DNA of 64,000 nucleotides from Octopus vulgaris. Lineage: Eukaryota. The notes beneath the pieces are model-generated. The model had not been told where the DNA came from. It worked only from the letters and a program-made list of their open reading frames with translations, and searched no databases. Below, in pieces: positions 1 to 12,294 of this stretch; position 1 is the stretch's first letter, and every line of letters starts with the position of its first letter. The position numbers and the translations under genes were made by a program. The stretch is taken from contig OX597831.1 of the NCBI GenBank assembly GCA_951406725.2, positions 47,244,001 through 47,308,000 of the forward strand, given 5' to 3'.

Positions 1-220
1 AGATTTCATTGCTTGACATCTTGGAGTGCAACTTCCCTGGACTGATAAACAGGAAGCCCTTAATTTGAACTTGACTTTGTGCAGTGTACTAGTGTAGTAC
101 ATTGTATATGAGATTTATGTGTCTTATACTAGAATCATATATGAAGGTTAGCCTAGTTTTCAATGTCCCCCTCTTTTCTAGTTCATTTGAACAGTCTGTA
201 ATTAATAATTCATTAATGCT

Positions 221-462
221 AAGGTGGCGAGCTGACAGTCATTAGCATGCCAAGCAAATACGTAGCAACATTTTGTACATTTTTAACTTCTGGGTTCACA
301 TTCCGCCAAGGTTGACTTTGCCTTTCATCCTTTGGAGGTCAATGAAATAAATGCCAGTTGAATACTGGGGTCAATGTAATAAATACCAGTTGAATACTGG
401 GGTCAATGTAATAAATTACCGCACCCCTGAAATTGTTAGCCTTGCATTAGAAATTGAAGCTG
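221..462 (+). mobile_element. SINE family A with an internal tandem duplication
   Basis: Family core; aataaatrccagttgaatactggggtcaatgt occurs twice. Further copies near 11.5, 26.6, 27.8, 38.0, 38.4, 41.9 and 62.5 kb. Confidence 0.85.
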
Positions 463-687
463 ATAATTCGTTAAAGCTTTCCGTCCACATCTCACATTAA
501 TTTACCCTTCCCACACCCCAAGAACCAAACTACATCTCATTGTAAACTATGCTTATCTCACCCCCTTCCCCCTTGTTCCTGCAGCCCAATTCCATCTTGT
601 CATCTCTCTCTGTCTCTCGTCTCCCCATTTGCCAAACTGTATTATTGCTATCTTGCTGCTTGCTACCCCCATCAACTTACTCACCCC

Positions 688-826
<139 letters not shown>

Positions 827-1820
827 TGTAGATGAAACCATAGCGACTGAAGAAGGGGGTTTTTTTTTGTGTTAATTGTCCTGTACTCTATTTTTTTGTT
901 GTTTAAAAAAATGTCCAGTTCCTTGGGTTTGTGTCTATGTTTTCGTTTCTCATTGTGTTCGACGTCTTTTTGGTGTCCTGTACTCATATATGCGTGTATA
1001 TGTACATGTAGAGGTAGGTACGTACATATATGTTTATATATATGCATATGTTTTATTTATTAATATATATATATACACACACACACCTGTGTTCACTACT
1101 CACTGCATTCCCTTCCCTTCTATCTGCATCTCTCCTTTTGCACTCTTTTGAGCTCTCTGCACACTCACCCAGTCTAGTCCTCTTTACCACTTCACTTACA
1201 TTCACCTCCCTATCTTCCTGTACCTTGAGGGTACACCCAGGGCCATTGCTAAGCCCCTGCAACCCCTGCAGTTGCTGGGAGCCTCTGAAGTTGAGCCCCA
1301 TGTTAAGATCAGAGTACATAGATTAGTCATCTATTTACTTTGGTTAAGATGTTGAACAAGAATTAAACTATCTATAGTGACTGAAAATTTCAAAAAATAA
1401 AATAGTAATACATTGTACCTGCAAAACTTCTTGTAAAAATATTACCTTGTACAACAAACATGTACCAGACTTTGTGGATTGTCTATGATATCTACTGAAC
1501 ACAAACTTAGCTCTCAGTTTGATTATTCTGAACTGATCGATGATTTCGCTAAGCGAAAAGTGCGCTGTGTTTGTCTTTGAAAGTTGCCTGGATTATAAAA
1601 GTGCTCTTTTATCATATCTGAAAGTTTTATTTGCTGAAATTTGTAATAGACCTAACTAAATTTAACTTGTGCTTTTAAAGATATTCTTTTGGATAACATG
1701 AAGTATGAAGGGATGGGGTCTCGAAACAAAATGTTGTAGGGGGCTTCTAAAAGTCATGCAACAGAACTGGGTACACCCTGACACATTTTCATGACCATCG
1801 ACTCTAACTCTCTGTCTGTC

Positions 1821-1870
<50 letters not shown>

Positions 1871-2274
1871 CTCCAACTGGGATAGCCATGTATCTCCCCT
1901 GCAGCATGACACCTGTTTTTGTTCTTCTTTCATAGTTTAACCGCTTGTCACTTGACACAAAGCTACCTTCCTTAATACTACTTCCTCACTCATTTGAGGA
2001 GTCTGTGTCTTGCAAGATTTGGTGAGCTTGCTGATGTTGGAGCCATGTAAAGTACACCCGGTACACTCTGTAAAGTGGTTTGTGTTAAGAAGAGCATTTG
2101 ACACTAGAAACCTTGCCAAAGCCGACAGTTGAGTTTGATACAGTCCTCTGGCTTTCCAGCTCCTGTCAAATTTTCCAACCCATGCCAGCATGGAAAACGG
2201 ACATCACAATAGTGAAGATGCTTTATACTATAGAAAGTTGCTATAATTTGTAAATAAAAGTTCATATTCATATA

Positions 2275-2617
2275 AAAGGGTAAAGACCCCCTTGAGTGAA
2301 GAATGACTATGGGATTGGGATTACACCTAGAAAGTTCCCCTCCGAGGCACAAGTCGGGGCAGGGTTGTTTTTATAGAAGACCAGCAGTTGCCCATGCATA
2401 CCAGCCTCCCCTCTCCACACCACCAATGTTAATCAAGGGAAAGGCAAAGGCTGATAAAGCTTGGCACATGGCAACTCATTTCTACAGCTGAGTGAACTGG
2501 AACAACATGAAATGAAGTGTCTTGCTCAAAAACACAACACACAGCCCAGTCCAGGAATTGAACTCACTACCTCATGTTTGTGAGCCCGACACCCTAACCA
2601 CTGAGCCATGCGCCTTC
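2275..2617 (-). mobile_element. tRNA-derived SINE family C
   Basis: Shares head and ttgagcaagacacttcatttca core with 11257-11495 (+), 17350-17495 (-) and 42600-42730 (-). Confidence 0.75.
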
Positions 2618-3302
2618 AAGATAACAAGGAGAATAACAGCTTCAGCTATTATTGTAGTTAACATAGTATATTACCAGTGTAGCGCATTGCATACAAAAGT
2701 TAAAGCCAAATAGAAAATTCCCTCCTTGCATTTTGTTAGTATCTTCTATGGTAAACTCTACATCAAATGATTCTCTGTTATTTATGTTGTAACCCCGAGT
2801 GCAATGATTCATGTAACCTCTGATATTTATGTGTTCGTTTACAAAACTTTATGCTTCATCTGATGGGGCGGGTGGAGTGGAAATGTGTTAGCTTCTTTAT
2901 CCGAACAAAATAGCGAGAAAGAGAGAGAGAGAGATAGATAAGTAGATAGAAACCTTGCTTAATTCAAAGGGGAAAATGGCATTTTCTCTTGAACAAAAAA
3001 GAAGCAAAAAGTGGGGGAGTATATTATTTAAACTTATACAGATGCTATTTCAAAAGCGACTGAAGCAGTACTCAAATATCATTGAAATAACCCAATAGAG
3101 TTCCCAATAGAGATTTATTAAACTAGGTGTAGTCATGGCTGTGTGGTTAAGATGTTTGCTTCCCAACCACATGGTTTTAGGCTCGATCCCACTGTGTGGA
3201 AAACTAGGCAAGTGTCTTCAAATATAACCCTGGGCTAATCAAAGACTTGTGAGTTGGATTTGGTTGAAAGAAACTGAAAGAAGCTTGTCTTATATAATGT
3301 AT

Positions 3303-3720
3303 ACTCTTTTACTTGTTTCAGTCATTTGACTGTGGCCATGCTAGAGCACAGCCTTTAGTCGAGCAAATCGACCCCAGGGTTTATTCTTTTTAAGCCTAGT
3401 ACTTATTCTATCGGTCTCTTTTTGCCGAACCGCTATGTTATGGGGTCGTAAACACACCAGCATCAGTTGTAATGTGATGGTGAGAGGGGGGACAAACAGA
3501 CACACAAACATATACACACACATACATATATATATATATATACATATGCATATATACGATGGGCTTCTTTCAGTTTCCATCTACCAAATCCACTCACAAG
3601 GCTTTGGTCGGCCTGAGGCTATAGTAGAAGACACTTGCCCAAGGTGCCACAGAGTGGGACTGAACCCGGAACTATGTGGTTGGTAAGCTAGCTACTTACC
3701 ACACAGCCACTCCTGCGCCT
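3303..3720 (-). mobile_element. tRNA-derived SINE family B (CORE-like accttgggcaagt; internal TA/CA microsatellite; aaaagagt tail)
   Basis: Full copy. An inverted 5' fragment lies at 3126-3292. Confidence 0.88.
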
Positions 3721-3723
3721 ATA

Positions 3724-3758
<35 letters not shown>

Positions 3759-5861
3759 ATGTATATAATGTGTATATATTTGTGTATGTGTGTGAGAGTG
3801 TGTGCATGTTTGTGTCTCCTTGTCTTGACATCATCCAATAGTCACAAATGAGTGTCACTGTCTTACAGGCAGTGTCAACCAGTTCTAATATTCTATGGAA
3901 ACATCTCTGGTCATGGGGAAATATCACTTTGTTTGGAAATAGATGAGGGCTTGGCATCAAGAGAAGAGCCTGAACATAGTAAAATTGCCTCAATAAACTC
4001 TGTCTCACCCATGCAAACATGGAAAAGTGGATGTTAAGGGGGAAATGATGATGATGATGATAATGACGACATGGGGGAAATGATGACGACGACAACAACA
4101 ATGATAGGGCAGAGGGGAACAACAATTTTGAAGTTTCAGAGATTAAAGAAACTACATAATGAACTCATTTAGAAATTTAGTACACAAATATTCTGGCAAT
4201 AGAAGCTATAATTATCATACAATGGTGTCTGAGTGAATAAGGGAGCCTTTATGTGAACTCTGAACATGCTAGAAACAACAGCCAAATCTCCTATAAATTA
4301 CACCTTGTCATTTTGGAAAAAAATGGAAGATATGTTGGTTAATGTAATCTGAAAGACACTATAATTGAAAATAAGATAGCTGGTCATGGCTGGAACACAT
4401 TTAATCATAGATTTGTTTGACCAATGTTGACCTACAGCTTCAGCTCAGATGCTGTTGTCAATACTGTAGCATGATTTACCATCTGTATCATCCACAGTAT
4501 TATGTTTGAGTTGTGTTACAATATACACACTGAACACGACATGGTTGGTGTTATTTCTGCTTTTGATTGTGTGAACATTCATGAAAATGTTTGGTGGACA
4601 GGGACCCCTTTTCTTCATCAGTTGTTGGTTAGCCCCAGGTCAGTTCTGACTGAGCAAACCTATAATGAAAAGCATTGCTATCATGATCATCCTGTCCCCT
4701 TCTCTGGCATTACTTTTCTGTGATTAAATCATCCAATGTTTTCCATCTTTTTAGGTGGACATGGTGTAACTTGAGGGGAGATTTGGCTACTATTTCTTGT
4801 CAGTTGAGCAACTACATATGTGTGTGTGTGTGTATATATATATGTATATATGTGTGTGTGCATGTATATATGTATGTATCTATATGTATATATGTGTGTG
4901 TGTATGTATATGTATATCTGTATATTTATGTATATGTGTATGTATTTGGGCCCACAATCGCCTATATTATTGATTCTGTTATTATCATTTTTAATTGTTA
5001 CACTAGATAATAATAGAGTCAATAATATCTTTGCTAGTATTTTCTCCTGAATTATTTGTTTTGTATTGATATATATATATAGATATACGTATGTATATAT
5101 TTATATATCTGTGTGTGTGTATATATATATATATTTATATATATATATCTTTAGCCAGGCAGGTACCGTAATCGCTCTCAGGTATACTCCAGGTTTTGGT
5201 TTACTGCATCAAGTGGTAACAGACATCAGTGATAGCTTAGTATGAGCAATCCTGCTGTAATTCTTCTGATAGGTAACTTCGGGTTCACTTTGCTGGGTTA
5301 TGAATATCATCAGGAGTGCAAATTTCAAACAACTACAAAAAATACGGAGACTGGTCCATCTTTAAAGTTTTCTTTTAATATTCCAGTTGGTCATACAGTA
5401 TAGTTAGTTGGTTGTACTTATACTGTATGACCAACTTTGAAGATCACCAGTCTCCATATTCTTTGTAGTTCATTGACGTTGAAAGATACCTGTTGTTATG
5501 TCCTGTTATTATTTTTATTGTATTTGTTTTACATTGTCCGTTTTTATCTGTCCTTGCTTTTGTATACATTCGTTGCTTTCTTCCAAGGAATCTAATGCTC
5601 TTAGCTTAGTTTTTCCTTGGGGCTGGCCAGATTGGAGCAATCTCGAGTATAATTAGCCGAAATTGCAAAGATAATCTGGTACTTGACTGAGGAAAGAAAA
5701 CTTCGAATGACCCGTCCTTGTTTTTTTTTTTTGTATCATCTATCTGGTTGTTTTGTTGTCCCATTTTTGTAGCACCTAACTGTCCGGATGTTTTGCTTTC
5801 TTGTCCCATTTTTCATACACACACACACATCACTGAAAAAGCAGATAAATTGGTATTTATT

Positions 5862-6261
5862 CTCTTTACTCTTTACTCTTTTACTTGTTTTAGTCATTTG
5901 ACTGCGGCCATGCTGGAGCACCGCCTTTAGTCGAGCAAATCGACCACGGGACTTATTCTTTGTAAGCCCAGTTCTTATTCTATCGGTCTCTTTTGCCGAA
6001 CTGCTAAGTGACGGGGACGTAAACACACCAGCATCAGTTGTCAAGCAATGCTAGGGGGACAAACACAGGCACACACATACACACACATACATACATATAT
6101 ATACATATATACGACAGGCTTCTTTCAGTGTTTCTGTCTACCAAATCCACTCACAAGACATTGGTCGGCCCGGGGCTATAGCAGAAGACACTTTCCCAAG
6201 ATGAACCCGGAACCACGTGGTTGGTTAGCAAGCTACTTACCACACAGCCACTCCTGCGCCT
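5862..6261 (-). mobile_element. SINE family B
   Basis: High similarity to 3303-3720. Confidence 0.88.
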
Positions 6262-6378
6262 TCTGTTTGAGTTTCACATAGACTTGCTTGTTGTTCTCAC
6301 CATTGGAAATGGAGTTAATCAGTAATTAACCTGTTGGAAGTCAATAAACAACAGCACTATTGTTCATAAAATTCATGA

Positions 6379-6409
<31 letters not shown>

Positions 6410-6792
6410 CCAACACAGATTGTATTGTAGTCATTTCTTGAAATAAATCTCAATAAGTGCGATGTTATGATGTGCTTCATATCTGTTAATTCTTCATATA
6501 TATCCAACGTGTGCATCTGCATGCATGTGTGTGTATGTGGGGTAGGGGTGGGGGAATGATAGTGCAAGAGTGATTTAAATAATATTGGTACTGTAAGCAG
6601 AAAAAGGATTATCAACTGCCAGCATGCAGATTATTGACAAACGTTCAAAATATTGCTGTTGATTGTCTCATTTGCAATAACACAATGTTAAATTACCATA
6701 ATGCTTTGTGGATTAATTCATTGGAACTTGTGTCTGAATAATAACCTTCTAACAGGATTAGTTCTAACAACAATAGTTATGTTAGTACTGTA

Positions 6793-7011
6793 CGAGAGAG
6801 TGCAAAAAAGTTCCTGGCTTTGGATAAAAGAAAATACAGGTGGATCAGTTAATTATGATCCTATTCAACATATTCCCCTCTCAGATTCACATACTTATTG
6901 CAGTGGCCCTTCAGTTTTTCTAAGCCCTATAAAAGAACTTGGAAGGTTGGGCCTCCAACCAGGCCTTTTGCAATACCCTTAAAGTCAGGATCTTTTCAGC
7001 ACATACCCCTT
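6793..7011 (+). mobile_element. mariner-like MITE, copy 1 of 3
   Basis: TA-flanked, TIR similar to cgagggggtgctgaaaagttcc. Homologous to 12078-12294 and 59981-60197. Confidence 0.8.
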
Positions 7012-8286
7012 ATATACTCAAATCTAGGATTACTATCGTTTTATAATTCTAAGATATTCAATGCAATAACTGTTCTAATTTTTGGAGGGTGGTGGGATGT
7101 CTTCATATGTTTTAAGGTTTTGGAATCTTTGCTTAAACAATCTGCTAGACTTGTAACCCAAATAGTCAATAGAATGTTAGGAATAATGGTGGCAGCAATA
7201 GGAACTTTTTCCCCTGCTTGATATCGCCTTACCCATTCCAGTTGTAACTTCTTAATAGGTAGGTAACTGTGTGGCTACATGGACAGCAGCTGTTTTGTGT
7301 TAATAAGCAATATATTACAATTCTTTTTGGGCTATTAATCTCATCTTCGAATGAGGTTAATATTTTAATATTTCTTCTTCTTTCCATTTTGTGCTTAGGT
7401 GGCTCATAAAACTTCTCTCTCTCTCTCTTCAAGTTGCCTTTCAATGGTTGTTGTTTGCACTTGGTTCTATCCATCCTTTTCTAGGTTAGGAACCATTGCC
7501 CCTGCAAAGTGTTGTGGATTCCTCTGAAGTTTCTGTAATCAGAAGCTATTTTCCAGGGTCAGGTGATTAGCCCAATGTCCAACTTTCAAGAGCTGAAAAG
7601 GAGTTGGTTTTTTGTCAAGGTCTTCTACCATGACCAAGACTGTGTCCATCATGCCCTGGTCCCAAGGGAATGCCTGCAATGATGTGGTGTGGAGGTTTAA
7701 CTACAAAGTTCACCCCCACACACACACATTTAGGGATGCACTAACCACTCTAAACTAGGCCCTCTTAGCTGAACTTTTTAATATTTACATCTACAATACT
7801 TTGTTTTGTATTGCTTTAGACTATTACTGTTTCAAAGAGATCAAACTTTTGTTGGCTTTCCTAGTTCCAGGGTGTATTGAGGGAGCATAGCATGTAATTT
7901 CCTGTGGCCCCACACATTCCATATTTAAAGACTGGTAATCAACACCGAAAGTAAATGGACACACTCATTGATTTTGTAATTCACTCAATACTTACAACTA
8001 GTTAGTTGTGCCTGATCATGAAACCTATTTACAGTTATATGAAAGGAGTAAATAAGTAATAACAGCAAAAGATTTGCAAATCAATAAAAGGCTGAAAAAT
8101 CAAAATTATTGAAGTGTGAGTCAGCCTTGCACTCGTAACAGAACTCATACAGCAACACCAGATTGGATGCCAGTGCTGATTTTTAACTTGGACACTAGTC
8201 TTCTAGAGTCAGATGATTATGGCACTTAAGTTGAGGCGCAAGAATATAGTATGGTATTATCCATACAATTTCAAATAAAGTGATTA

Positions 8287-8526
8287 TAATCAAAATAAGC
8301 AACAAGGATATCCAGAAGTAATGCAGTGCGATCGTTTCATGTGACTTCACTTAATAGAACAATGCAAACATTGTGTCCTTCAAATTTAATGAAATTCTGT
8401 GTTTTTTGTGCAGCTGAAGATTGGTCTACATTTTAAATTGATGTAATGTTTACATTGTTCAATTAAATGGAGTCGCATGAAACGATTGTACTGCATTACT
8501 TCTGGATATCCTTGTTGCTTATTTTG

Positions 8527-8530
<4 letters not shown>
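8287..8530. repeat. Inverted repeat, 86-bp arms
   Basis: 8287-8372 is the reverse complement of 8445-8530 with few mismatches. Confidence 0.9.
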
Positions 8531-8595
<65 letters not shown>

Positions 8596-8644
8596 TTGTG
8601 TGTGCTTGTGTGAATATATACATACATATATATATATATATATA

Positions 8645-9028
8645 TCATCATCATCATCGTTTAACGTCCGTTTTCCATCCTGGCATGGGTTGGACAGTTT
8701 GACTGAGGACTAGCAAGCCAGCAGGCTGCACTAGGCACTAATCTGACATGGTACGGTTTCTACAGCAGGATGCTCTTCCTAACATTAACCACTCCGAGAG
8801 TGTAGTGGGTGCTTTTTACGTGCTACTTGCATGGGAGTTAGTAAGGTGGCACGGGCATCAACCCATGCTTGAATGGTGCTTATTACGTGCCACCAGCACA
8901 GGTGCCAGTCAGGCGGCACTGGCATTGGCCACGACTACAATTTCACTTGACTCAACAAGTCTTCTCAAGCACAGGGTGTCGCCCAGCAATTCAAGGGTAC
9001 TTTTAAACGGGCTGGTTATGTGACACTG

Positions 9029-9030
<2 letters not shown>
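8645..9030 (-). mobile_element. RTE 3'-end-derived element (family D)
   Basis: Reverse complement of the LINE 3' UTR at about 41090-41348, including the (GAT)n tail. Confidence 0.8.
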
Positions 9031-9061
<31 letters not shown>

Positions 9062-9624
9062 CATCTGCCCCACTGGATACTCCTGAACCAGTTTTTGTGT
9101 GTCCCATAAGAGGAGTCAATGCTAGATGTGTCAAAACAATTGTTGTGATTAATAATATATTCTCGTATATTCCATCTTCTGTCTTTCATTTGTTTTATAT
9201 ATATATGTATGTAATCATTGTCATCATTGTCTCAACATCCATTTTTTCATCTTGCCTGGGTAGATGAAATTTATTGAGACAGATTTTCTATGGCCAGGTG
9301 ACCTTTCTGTCACTACTCTTCACCTGTTTCCAAGCAAGGTAATATTACCCCATGTCCAGGCTTGTTTTCACAGAATATCAGAAATGAATGACATTTATTC
9401 ACAGCAATTATATGATGTCAGGACAAGGAGAGAGAGACACACACACACACATACAACAGGCTTCTTTCAGTTTCCGTCAGGCTTTGGTCAGTCTGGAGCT
9501 ATTATAGAAGACACTTGTCTAAGGTGCCATGCAGTGGGACTGAACCAGAAACCATGTAGACAAGTAGCATACTTCTAAACCACACCATACCACACCACCA
9601 TGTTTTTATGTATATTTTCTTTAG

Positions 9625-9844
9625 CCCTTTAGCATTTAAACTGACCATATCTGGTCAAAATATTCTTTCTGTTTTACCTTTAAAACAGCAAGATCTATCT
9701 TCTTATACCTATCCTACAATGTCATCTTAAAAATAAACAATCACATCATTGAAACAGCAAATCTATGAGATAATGCATAATCAGTTCAAAAGAATGCAAA
9801 TAAATAAGCATTATATTTGACTATGTAATCTGAATACCAAAGGG
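9625..9844. mobile_element. piggyBac-like MITE (degenerate)
   Basis: ttag-ccctttagcatt ... aataccaaaggg-ttaa. Confidence 0.6.
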
Positions 9845-10264
9845 TTAAGAGACGTAATTAATTTTATCAACTCCATTACTTAATTGGGAGTTTATTTTAT
9901 TGACATTAGAAGATTGAAAAGCAAAATTTTTGTTGGTAGGATTTAAACTCAGAAAGTTACTGCTTACCCCAAGGTATTTTTGATGTTCTAGTTTTCCTGC
10001 CAATTCATCATCATTGAAATATTAAAACATTTTTCATCTCTGAAGATGAGATTAATAGCCTGAAATATTTATAATTGTATTAACAATAACTTATTATCTC
10101 AGGCATTTAGATATTTTATCAAGCAGTATTTGTTCTTTTATCTCTATTTACCTTCCTCCACCTCATGTGCTTTTGTTATTTCTGATCTCTTTTTTATCTT
10201 ATTTTATTATTTTATGTTTTTACCCTTTTCTATATAAATTATGCTGCCAACTTTATATTTCCAG

Positions 10265-10438
10265 GCATGGAACTGTATTATTGAAGAAACAGAAAAACTT
10301 GTAAATCATGTCCGAAAAAATGTCGATGAACTCAGCTCAAAAACATTAAAAGCTTTGGGAAATTTGATACTCGAGAAGAAATCAGCTAAGAAGTCTTACA
10401 TAGAAGAAAGGATCTATCTTGATGAAGAATTACTGAAG
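10265..10438 (+). CDS. FER: Fer/Fes F-BAR exon, 174 nt, phase 0-0 (AWNCIIEETEKL...KKSYIEERIYLDEELLK)
   Basis: tttccag| acceptor and AAG|gtaaat donor. Helical sequence resembling the vertebrate FER SW...KKSY...EMIK exon. Confidence 0.92.
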
Positions 10439-10647
10439 GTAAATTTATAATCATTAGAGTGCTTTTTAAATATTCTACAATTTTGATTTCTAAATTTGAC
10501 ATCAATTTGAGGATGGGATATCTTTTAATGTGGTGGTGTCCCTCTTGATCGATGTAAACCCCATCTGTTTTTGTTTATTTGGTGGGTTGTAACTTGTCCT
10601 TTCATATTGTTCTCATGTCTTGGACTCTTGTGACCAATAAAAGAAAC

Positions 10648-10694
<47 letters not shown>

Positions 10695-10734
10695 GTATCA
10701 TTATTATTGTCATTATTATTATTATCATTATTAT

Positions 10735-11238
10735 GAGAGAGAGCAACATATGCCATCAAAGTGACCCTGGGGTACAAATGTACAAAGCCCAATATACTCA
10801 TCATGACTATCCATCTGTTATGGGTACACTAGGCACATGCATCCCAACCATGTGTTCACTGCAAAATCCTAGAAGGTAGTAATATTTTTGCCTTCAACGA
10901 CTGGCTCAGGACGATTTTCATACAATTAAGCAGGAGTGCTTATTTTGTTGTGTTTACATGTTTTCCAATGTAAATACTGTCCTATCCTATCATGGTGATG
11001 TTTGCATTTGTTTGATGTCAGAACAGGACATTCCGAGAGCAGATGGTCTATTGTTTTATCAAATTTATCACACAGTCTGCATTTATGGTCAGAACCATTT
11101 TGAAGAACGTTAGCTGGTAGCTTGTAGCTGCCGCCAATATGAAACCTTCAGTCTCTGCTTTCAGTCCTGAGCTTCTCAGCCACTGATGGGTTGTTGCTTG
11201 GTCTACATCAGCATTTTGGCTTTGAGGTATATACCCAC
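10735..11238 (-). mobile_element. R4/Dong-like RLE-type non-LTR retrotransposon 3' fragment, adjacent to (TAA)n
   Basis: Minus strand reads WLRSSGLKAETEGFILAA, then after a frameshift KCRLCDKFDKTIDHLLSEC (CCHC knuckle, 11028-11081) and HHDRIGQYLHW. Confidence 0.75.
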
Positions 11239-11256
11239 CACCGCTACCACTACCAG

Positions 11257-11495
11257 TGGAGGCACGTGGCTTAGTGGTTAGGGTGTCAGCATCATGATCG
11301 TAAGATTGTGGTTTCGATTCCTGGATCGGACAACACATTGTGTTCTTGAGCAAAACACTTCATTTCACGTTGCTCCAGTCCACTCAGCTGGCAAAAATGA
11401 GTAACGCAGTGATGGACTGGCATCCCGTCCAACTGGGGAACACATACACCATAGAAACCGAGCCCATGAGCCTGGCTAGGCTTTAAAAGGGCGTA
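11257..11495 (+). mobile_element. tRNA-derived SINE family C
   Basis: tggcttagtgg (A box) and ggtttcgattcc (B box). Confidence 0.8.
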
Positions 11496-12077
11496 ATAAA
11501 GGCAGCAAGCTGACAGAATTGTTGGCACACCGGGCAAAATACTTAGCAGCATTTAGTACCTTTATGTTCTGAGTTCAAATTCCACCAAGGTCAACTTTGC
11601 CTTTCATCCTTTCAAGGTTGATAAAGTAAGTACTAGTTGAGTACTGGGGTTAATGTTATTGATTTTTCCCCCTCCTCTGAGCTTGCTGACCATGTGCCTA
11701 TGGTAGAAAGGATTATTATTATTATCATCATCATCATCATCATTATTATTATTATTATTAAAAGTGGTGTGCTGGCAGGATCGTTAGCACCCTGGGCAAA
11801 ATGCTTACATTAGCAACTGCTACTGCTTTTGTTATCACAATATTATCAATTTTGAAGGGAGGAGTTAGTTGATACCAACGACCCTAGAACTTGACTAGTA
11901 TTCTATTTTATCAACCCTAAAAAGATGAAAGGCAAAGTTAACTTCAGTGAGATTTGAACTCAGAACATAATTAGCAGTTAGAATGGTTAGAACTTTTAAA
12001 TTTTTCTTTAGACCCTATCAGGATTCAGCTTTGCCTTTCATTGTACCAGTTTAGTACTGATCTGATCTAACCACCTA

Positions 12078-12294
12078 CAAGGGGGCTCTGGAAAGTTCCT
12101 GGCTTTGGGTAAAAGAAAATACAAGAGGATCAGTTAACTATGATTTTATTCAACATATTCCCCTCTCAGATTCACACACTCATTGCAGTGATCCTTTAGT
12201 TTTTCTAAGCCCTGTAAAAGAACTTGGAAGGTTGGACCTCCAACCAGGCCTTTTGCAATACCCTCAAAAGCAGGAATTTTTCAGCAAACCCTCA
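12078..12294 (+). mobile_element. mariner-like MITE, copy 2
   Basis: Clear homology to 6793-7011; TA flanks. Confidence 0.8.

Noticed and set aside
3341-3686. Recurrent ORFs such as TDRISTRL...WGRFARLKAVL and HSQGFGRPEAIVEDTCPRCH
   Set aside because: They recur because they are translations of SINE family B.
11257-11335. tRNA-like A and B boxes
   Set aside because: This is a SINE head; no intact cloverleaf, and it continues into the SINE body.
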